Assembly: GCA_041649575.1 (NCBI GenBank)
Contig: JBAZMW010000002.1
Location: forward strand, 30,001-62,000
Length of the DNA stretch: 32,000 bases
Reading direction: 5' to 3'
Origin: Patescibacteria group bacterium
GTDB taxonomy: Bacteria > Patescibacteriota > Patescibacteriia > 2-01-FULL-39-33
A program made the position numbers and the translations under genes. Shown piece by piece: positions 26,661 through 32,000 of this stretch. Position 1 is the first letter of the stretch. Every line of letters begins with the position of its first letter. The notes below the pieces were generated by a model that ran no database searches, was not told where the DNA came from, and saw nothing but the letters and a program-made list of their open reading frames with translations.

Positions 26661-28099
26661 TTATTTTTTGGCTTTGGTTTAAATAGAATTCGTCCTAATA
26701 TTAGCATACCCAAAAATACGGTTTTTATTCCGTCCCAGGAATTAAGTTGTTTTAATTTGCGAATAATATATTTTGGTCTGAGATAAAACTCGCGGAAGGC
26801 TCTTTTTTGCCAATAGACTAGATCGGCTGGCGTCAGGCTTCTCTGAACCGGCAGAGGCGCCGTATTGCTTAAAGGAGCGAATCTTTCCCAGGGGGTGTCT
26901 TTGGAAATAAGGCCTTCTTTTTGGGCGTAGTAGTACAAATCAGAGCCAGGCACGGGACAGGTGATGAAAAAAGTGGCGTTATCTAAATCTAGGCTTTTGG
27001 CAAAATCAATAGTTTCTCTTATGGTTTCTTCGGTTTCGCCAATATTGCCGAGCATGAAACTGGCGTGCGCCAAGATGCCGTGGCGTCTGGCGATACTGAT
27101 GGCGCGTTTTCCAATCTCGGTGGTAGTTTGTTTGCGCATCAAGCTTAGCACTTTTTGCGAGCCCGACTCCAGCCCAAAAGATATTTTTTTGCATCCGGCT
27201 TTAGCCATTATTTCCGCCAGTTCGTCGCTGATTGTATCGGCTCTAGAGGAACAGATCCAGGCGATGGGCAGTTTTTTGTCAATTATTTTCTGGCAGATTT
27301 CAAATGCCCTGGGCCGGTTTAAGGTAAAGTTATCATCCAAGATGTTAAATTCTTTGATGTTGAATTTATTAATGCATTCTTCGATCTCCGCAATAACGTT
27401 GTCAGCGCTCCGGTATCGCAGGCGACGTTGCCAAATACTTTTGGAAACACAATGCACACAATCGAAGTTGCAACCTCGGCTGGTTTGTAAGGGGGAACAC
27501 TGTTCCTCGGTCAGTTTCTTGGTGGGAGCGGAATAATATAATTTTAGGTCGAATAAATCACGGGCAGGAAAGGGGATATCGTCTAAATTTTGAATCATCT
27601 GGCGGGGCGGGTTGTTTATTATTTCCCCCCGGCGTTTAAAGTATAAACCGTTTATTTTTTCAAAATCGGTTTTTTTATCCGAAAGAGTTTTAACTAATTC
27701 ATAAAAAGTTTCTTCTCCCTCACCAATGACCGCAAAGTCGACGTAAGGATTACTCATCACTTCTTGAGGTAAGATGGTGGGATGAGTGCCGCCAAGAACC
27801 GTGACACAATTTAATAATTCTAAGTCTTCTTTAATGATCCGGCAGATTTCGAGAACATGGTTAATCGTCGGCGAGAGGCAGGTGAAGCCGACGATATCTG
27901 GTTTTTCCTTGGCCAAAAAATTTTTTATTTCTTCATAGCCCAAGGCCATGGCTTCCGTGTCGAGGATTTTTATTTCACAGTCGATTTTGGCACGCAAATA
28001 GCCGGCCAGGTAGGCCAGATTAAACGGCATGGCGTGGCCGCCAGATTCTTTCATGCCCTCGAAGTTTATGTAGGGAGGGTTAACAAGTATGATCTTCAT
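26657..28099 (-). CDS. Class-B radical SAM enzyme with B12-binding-like domain
   Basis: Matches are IILVNPP...AMPFNLAYLAGYLRAK...LGGTHPTILP...AVIGEGEE, the motif TSRGCNFDCVHC, FGLESGSQKVLSLM, MLGNIGETEETI and the conserved C-terminal block REFYLRPKYIIRKL with a hydrophobic/basic tail. Confidence 0.9.
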   Translation of the reverse strand: MKIILVNPPYINFEGMKESGGHAMPFNLAYLAGYLRAKIDCEIKILDTEAMALGYEEIKNFLAKEKPDIVGFTCLSPTINHVLEICRIIKEDLELLNCVTVLGGTHPTILPQEVMSNPYVDFAVIGEGEETFYELVKTLSDKKTDFEKINGLYFKRRGEIINNPPRQMIQNLDDIPFPARDLFDLKLYYSAPTKKLTEEQCSPLQTSRGCNFDCVHCVSKSIWQRRLRYRSADNVIAEIEECINKFNIKEFNILDDNFTLNRPRAFEICQKIIDKKLPIAWICSSRADTISDELAEIMAKAGCKKISFGLESGSQKVLSLMRKQTTTEIGKRAISIARRHGILAHASFMLGNIGETEETIRETIDFAKSLDLDNATFFITCPVPGSDLYYYAQKEGLISKDTPWERFAPLSNTAPLPVQRSLTPADLVYWQKRAFREFYLRPKYIIRKLKQLNSWDGIKTVFLGMLILGRILFKPKPKNK

Positions 28100-28117
28100 A
28101 TGCTTTTGATTTTTATT

Positions 28118-28948
28118 CTAAAGATTATAATTTTCTATTGACAGGCAGTCAAAATTTTTTAAAACGTAATTTAATTTTTTCCAAGTTTTTTGCGCCTGGC
28201 CGTATTTGATGATTTTTCTAATTTTAGGCATCTTGAAATCAGGCGGCTCGCCCAGAAAATCAAAAGGGTGGAAATAAAGACAGGCTGGATTGTTTTTAAG
28301 TTTGAGCCGAAGCAATTTTCTAAACACGAACCAGGGGATAATTCTTAAATAGACACCACCCGCAATGGGAATTCTTATTAGCTTACCGTCAAAAACAGCC
28401 AAGGGCATTTCTTTGATGCCGTTTATCTGGTAAGGGTTGATTTCCCCTTTTTTGTGGCCGTAATTTCTGCTTTTAAAAAATTTAAAAATAAAGTTTGGCA
28501 GACTAAAAGGGAATAGAGAAGAATCAAACTTGATACCTTTTGACGCCAGCACAGGTAGTGCCCAAAAAGTAGAAGAATCCAAAGAAAAATTGACAGCGCG
28601 GTGGCTGACCGGTCTTTTGCTGGTCAGGGCTGTAATCTTGTCCACCAAAATTTCTATTTCTTTTTTAAAGTTGTCGGAATTTTTCTGCCAAAGCGGCCGG
28701 TGATCCAGGGAGTGCAGGCCGATTTCTTGACCAGCGTCATTTATTTTTTTAATTAGGTTTGGCTCGTTTTCTATAACTTTTCCGGTCACAAAAAAAGTGG
28801 CCGTTGCTTTGTTATTTTTTAATAGCGGTAGAATTTTTTCCGTAAAGCTTTCCAGGTTTTCCCGTTCGTTGCCCTTAAGATATCTTTGCAAAGACAAAGA
28901 TTCAAACCAATATTCCAGGTCAAAAGTTAGAATTACTGGATTCATCAC
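28118..28948 (-). CDS. Polysaccharide deacetylase, CE4 superfamily (FDxExW subtype)
   Basis: Matches are ILTFDLEYW (motif 1 variant), GLHSLDH (HxxxH) and VSHRAVNFSL (RAPxFS-like). The track start at 28948 is GTG. An ATG one codon downstream (28943..28945) shares one nt with the upstream TGA and is an equally good start. Confidence 0.72.
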   Translation of the reverse strand: MMNPVILTFDLEYWFESLSLQRYLKGNERENLESFTEKILPLLKNNKATATFFVTGKVIENEPNLIKKINDAGQEIGLHSLDHRPLWQKNSDNFKKEIEILVDKITALTSKRPVSHRAVNFSLDSSTFWALPVLASKGIKFDSSLFPFSLPNFIFKFFKSRNYGHKKGEINPYQINGIKEMPLAVFDGKLIRIPIAGGVYLRIIPWFVFRKLLRLKLKNNPACLYFHPFDFLGEPPDFKMPKIRKIIKYGQAQKTWKKLNYVLKNFDCLSIENYNL

Positions 28949-29835
28949 TGGCGGTTGTTAATTTCTCTTCTAATAGCGGCAATCTGATCGGCCAAAAGAC
29001 CAAAGAAAAAGACGAGAATAGACGCAATAAAGAGGAAAATGGTGCTGTCGGAAAGATTTATAGAAATAAGATCAAAAGCCAGGAAAATTAAAGCGACTAT
29101 AAATAGAATCAGGCTGACCGGAAAAAAAATACGTAGCGGAGAAAAAGTCATAATCAGACGGAAAATCAGCATTAAAGTAGTGAAACCATCGCGCGGTTTG
29201 ACCGTGCTTTTGGAACCACCCTCTCTTTTGTTTATTTCAATAGGCAGAAATTTAACATTTTTTTTGTCTTTCAAAAAAGCCAGGGTAGAAGTGGTGGACA
29301 TGGAAAAACCATTAGGCATCAGGTGCAAGTAGTTTTTAAGAATATTTTTTTTGACCAGGCGTAAGCCGCAGTTTAAATCAGGGATTTTATAATCCACCAG
29401 GTAATTGGCAACAACTCTCAGCAACCACAGGCCTGGTTTTCGCAGAGTCGGCCTGACATATTTGCCGCCAGTCCGATCGCCAGCGATTAGTTCATAGTCA
29501 TTAATATGAGCGATAAAGTTTTTTATATCTTCAGGACGATGTTGGCCGTCGGAGTCAAAAAATAAAATCCAATCATGCCCCGAATTAAGGACTCCGGTTT
29601 TCAGGGCGGCACCATAACCTTTGTTGTAGGGATGGTTTATTAGTTTTATACCTTCAATTTTATTTAGAACTTCTTTGCTATCATCTGTCGAACCGTCATT
29701 TATAACAATAATTTCATGTTCTATTCCCAGACCAATAAGTTCTTTTTTAAGCATTTCCACTGTTTGCTGGACTTTTTGACTTTCATTGTAGACTGGAACG
29801 ACTACAGATAAATTTATTGTTTGATTGTTTTCCAT
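28945..29835 (-). CDS. GT2 polyprenyl-phosphate glycosyltransferase (GtrB/ArnC/HpnI-like architecture); paralog of 8664..9536
   Basis: Matches are LSVVVPVYNESQKV, VINDGSTDDS, HPYNKGYGAALKTG and the DXD motif FFDSDG. There are two C-terminal TM helices (FFPVSLILFIVALIFLAFDLI and IFLFIASILVFFFGLLADQI). Confidence 0.85.
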   Translation of the reverse strand: MENNQTINLSVVVPVYNESQKVQQTVEMLKKELIGLGIEHEIIVINDGSTDDSKEVLNKIEGIKLINHPYNKGYGAALKTGVLNSGHDWILFFDSDGQHRPEDIKNFIAHINDYELIAGDRTGGKYVRPTLRKPGLWLLRVVANYLVDYKIPDLNCGLRLVKKNILKNYLHLMPNGFSMSTTSTLAFLKDKKNVKFLPIEINKREGGSKSTVKPRDGFTTLMLIFRLIMTFSPLRIFFPVSLILFIVALIFLAFDLISINLSDSTIFLFIASILVFFFGLLADQIAAIRREINNRQ

Positions 29836-29843
29836 AAATATTT

Positions 29844-31202
29844 TTATCTCCCTCTGCCTCCCAACGCCACCTTAATGGTTTTAAGTAAAATACTTAGATC
29901 CATCAGCAGCGAACGGTTTTTTATATAATATAAATCATATTTAACTTTTTCCAGAGATTCTTCCTTGGAGCCGCCATAAGCCGGTCCGTTGAGTTGGGCC
30001 CAACCGGTAAGCCCAGGCTTCACCAGCAGCCGTTCCCTGTAAAAAGGCACCTCTTGGGCCAAAATTTGGATAAATTCTGGTCTTTCTGGCCTAGGCCCGA
30101 CCAGACTCATTTCTCCTCGTAAGATGTTAATTAATTGGGGGATTTCATCCAGCCTGGTTTTACGCATTAATCTGCCGAAACGAGTCACTCTCGGATCGTT
30201 TTCACTGGCCCATTGTGGCCCGTTTTTCTCGGCGTTATCAAACATCGAGCGGAATTTCATGGCCAAAAAATTTTTACCGTTTTTGCCAACGCGTATTTGC
30301 TTAAAGACCACCGGTCCCGGACTTTCTAATTTTATGATCAGAGCTATTGGCGGCGCGATAAATATGGCCACTAGCAGGCCGAGTAAAGCCAGAAAGACAT
30401 CCATGATTCTTTTGCTGATCTCATAAAGTTTTTTGGAATGTTCGGCCAAGTTTTCCAAAAACCAGCTGTGTTCCAGATATTCAGCCGGCACTTTATTGGT
30501 TATCTGCTCGTAAAAGCTGTTGATATTATAAACATCAACGCCTAGCGACAAACAGTCGAAGATTTTTCGCGAGATTTCATCATTATTTTTTAAACTATTG
30601 GCGCTGACCAGGATATCCACCTGGTTTTCTTGGCAATATTTTTTTAAATCTTCGGGAACATTTTGGTTGTTTATGGCTTGATACCCTAGTTGCGGCTTAT
30701 GATTTATCTCTCTGATTAACGAATCAGCCAGCGGTGATTGACCAATGATCAGCACCTTATTGCTAATGGCCGAGGATTTTATAAAGGTATAGAATATCCG
30801 ACGCCACAAAAAAGAGAAAACCAAGGAAATAATCACATCTATCGCAAGGACTCTTTGCGGTTTAATACTTCCTAGAAAAGGATTGAAAAAATAAAAAATA
30901 GCTATAGCTATCAGAATGTTTATAACATAAACACGAACTAGCAGATTTAACAGGTTGTTTATATTATAACTTATTTTTAAATCATAAAGCTCGTTAATAA
31001 AAAAAACCAATAACCAGATAACAAAAACCACAGTAAACATAATTACATGTCCTGACCAGAAATAACCGATGTCCTTTAGGCCGTATCTGATAATTAAGGT
31101 CAAGTATAAACCTAGATATAAAGTGGCCAGGTCGCCTAACAAAAGGATGACCTTTTTTGTTTTAATAAAGAAATTAGCCATAATTTTAAGCGATAACTTC
31201 AA
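29844..31202 (-). CDS. Polyprenyl-phosphate glycosylphosphotransferase (WbaP/'bacterial sugar transferase' family), priming enzyme
   Basis: The N-terminus has about 4 TM helices, followed by a central Rossmann-like region. The C-terminal catalytic domain has KRIMDVFLALLGLL...PGPVVFKQIRVGKNGKNFLAMKFRSM...DPRVTRFGRLMRKTRLDEIPQLINILRGEMSLVGPRPERPEF. The track start at 31202 is TTG. The ATG at 31179..31181 (MANFFIKTKK...) is a plausible alternative start. Confidence 0.9.
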   Translation of the reverse strand: MKLSLKIMANFFIKTKKVILLLGDLATLYLGLYLTLIIRYGLKDIGYFWSGHVIMFTVVFVIWLLVFFINELYDLKISYNINNLLNLLVRVYVINILIAIAIFYFFNPFLGSIKPQRVLAIDVIISLVFSFLWRRIFYTFIKSSAISNKVLIIGQSPLADSLIREINHKPQLGYQAINNQNVPEDLKKYCQENQVDILVSANSLKNNDEISRKIFDCLSLGVDVYNINSFYEQITNKVPAEYLEHSWFLENLAEHSKKLYEISKRIMDVFLALLGLLVAIFIAPPIALIIKLESPGPVVFKQIRVGKNGKNFLAMKFRSMFDNAEKNGPQWASENDPRVTRFGRLMRKTRLDEIPQLINILRGEMSLVGPRPERPEFIQILAQEVPFYRERLLVKPGLTGWAQLNGPAYGGSKEESLEKVKYDLYYIKNRSLLMDLSILLKTIKVALGGRGR

Positions 31203-31299
31203 TATTTATACAATATTTTTGACCAAAAATCAAGTTTGGCCGCCCGCCCTTTTAAAAGAATGATAATTTTGATAAAATATAATCATTAAATCCCTTTTT
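31203..31299. promoter_or_regulatory. Divergent intergenic region between the - strand operon and the S8 protease gene; presumed to hold promoters for both
   Basis: This is the largest non-coding gap in the window (97 nt). It contains a perfect TATAAT at 31278..31283 (16 nt before the ATG, with no good -35 and no SD). It also contains TTGACC at 31219..31224, the GC island GGCCGCCCGCCC at 31238..31249 and the 10-bp palindrome CTTTTAAAAG at 31249..31258. No transcription data are available. Confidence 0.3.
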
Positions 31300-32000
31300 A
31301 TGGTTAAAAGATTTTTTTTATTTTCAATTGTTTGCTTGTTTTTTTTTATTACTATTTTTCCGGCTCAGGCCTATGTTCCCTCCGACCCGTTGTATTACCG
31401 AGAAACCTATCTCAACCCTCTTGGCGCGGAAAAAGCTTGGGATTTGTCACGGGGTAATGGCGTGGTAGTAGCCGTCTTAGATTCCGGGGTAGACACGGAC
31501 CACCCTGATTTAAAAAATAATATTTGGCGTAATTTGGACGAAACTCCTGGCGATGGCGTTGATAATGATCATAATGGTTTTATTGACGATATTAGTGGTT
31601 GGGATTTTGTCTCAGGTCAGCCGGATCCCAAACCAAAATTTTCTGAAAACTATTCAGCAGCCGGCTTGGAACATGGCACGGCTATCTCGGGAGTGATCGC
31701 TGGTACGGCCAATAACGGGCAGGGAATGGTTGGCTTGGCTTTTGATTCCAAAATCATGCCTCTTAGAATTCTAGATGCTGACGGTACGGGGGAGGTGCCC
31801 AATCTGGTCAAAGCCATTGAGTACGCTGTCAATAACGGAGCTGATATCATTAACTTAAGCTTAGTTGGTTATGATTATAGCCAGGAACTTTTTGATGCCG
31901 TTAGGTCGGCTAACGCTCGGGGAGTGTTGGTGGTGGCGGCCGCTGGTAACGCCGAAGATGGTTTAGTTGACGGAATTAATCTTGATAACAGGCCGGCTTA
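31300..32000 (+). CDS. Secreted subtilisin-like serine protease (peptidase S8), N-terminal part; the ORF runs off the 3' edge and so is absent from the ORF track
   Basis: My own translation from the ATG at 31300 gives MVKRFFLFSIVCLFFFITIFPAQA/YVPSDPLYY... (signal-peptide-like). This is followed by VVAVLDSGVDTDHPDL (catalytic Asp block), DNDHNGFIDDISGWDF and EHGTAISGVIAG (catalytic His block), then VVAAAGN. The catalytic Ser block lies beyond nt 32000. Confidence 0.85.
   Translation, partial: MVKRFFLFSIVCLFFFITIFPAQAYVPSDPLYYRETYLNPLGAEKAWDLSRGNGVVVAVLDSGVDTDHPDLKNNIWRNLDETPGDGVDNDHNGFIDDISGWDFVSGQPDPKPKFSENYSAAGLEHGTAISGVIAGTANNGQGMVGLAFDSKIMPLRILDADGTGEVPNLVKAIEYAVNNGADIINLSLVGYDYSQELFDAVRSANARGVLVVAAAGNAEDGLVDGINLDNRPA

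Noticed and set aside
26961-27536. A 191-aa + strand ORF, plus about 30 other 60-108-aa ORFs in the track (for example 876..1073, 2241..2486, 13939..14217, 14709..15035, 17182..17475, 23500..23760, 24310..24552, 29039..29332, 30124..30426).
   Set aside because: All lie entirely inside, and antisense or out of frame to, long ORFs with clear conserved-domain motifs. Their translations are low-complexity (Ser/Arg/Lys/Ile-rich) with no recognisable motif. This is expected by chance in AT-rich coding DNA.
23281-31202. Calling the region an actual hopanoid (hpn) cluster.
   Set aside because: No squalene-hopene cyclase, HpnG/HpnH or squalene synthesis genes are present. The deacetylase is CE4-type rather than HpnK-type, and a PGT heads the operon. 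Only the enzymatic logic is analogous.
1-32000. Alternative genetic code (UGA recoding, as in some candidate phyla).
   Set aside because: TGA works as a stop at well-supported gene ends, including the ATGA overlaps at 3266..3269, 17072..17075, 20534..20537 and 26657..26660. The standard code gives full-length domain-complete proteins throughout.
1-32000. Mobile elements, CRISPR arrays, tRNA/rRNA/ncRNA genes, and defence or toxin-antitoxin systems.
   Set aside because: Coding density is near 99%, with only three gaps over 30 nt (6825..6884, 15099..15133, 31203..31299). I saw no direct repeat arrays, no transposase/integrase/nuclease-like translations, and no cloverleaf-capable segments.

Overview
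This is an AT-rich, very gene-dense bacterial window with 27 protein-coding genes. I found no rRNA, tRNA, CRISPR array, transposase or integrase. The whole window reads as one large envelope glycoconjugate or lipid-linked glycan locus. It is built from two convergent gene arrays: 20 co-directional + strand genes (1..23279) and 6 - strand genes (23281..31202), with stop codons 1 nt apart. A divergently transcribed, signal-peptide-bearing S8 subtilase follows and runs off the 3' edge (31300..>32000).

The conventional parts are a priming polyprenyl-phosphate glycosylphosphotransferase, a Wzx/MOP-type flippase, three GT-B (GT4-like) glycosyltransferases and one GT9. There are also two GtrB/ArnC/DPM1-like GT2 enzymes, three polytopic GT-C-like membrane proteins, two CE4 (NodB-type) deacetylases and three class I SAM methyltransferases.

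The unconventional part is nine radical SAM (rSAM) genes. Six complete genes and one 5'-truncated gene are of the class-B type with an N-terminal B12-binding-like domain. Two more carry SPASM or twitch Cys-rich C-termini. A nitroreductase-family flavoprotein is also present. One 797-aa protein fuses a class-B rSAM to an 8-TM 'flippase-like' domain of the MprF-N-terminal/UPF0104 type.

The - strand operon runs PGT, GT2, deacetylase, rSAM, rSAM::flippase-like, SPASM rSAM. This resembles the hpnI/hpnK/hpnJ/hpnL logic of hopanoid head-group remodelling, but no hopanoid genes are present. I consider it the best candidate for an undescribed lipid-linked sugar carbon-skeleton editing system.

All functional calls rest on motifs read by eye from the translations; no database search was possible. 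The organism is unknown. AT-richness, SD-poor starts and tight packing are compatible with an uncultivated small-genome lineage such as CPR/Patescibacteria, but they are not diagnostic.
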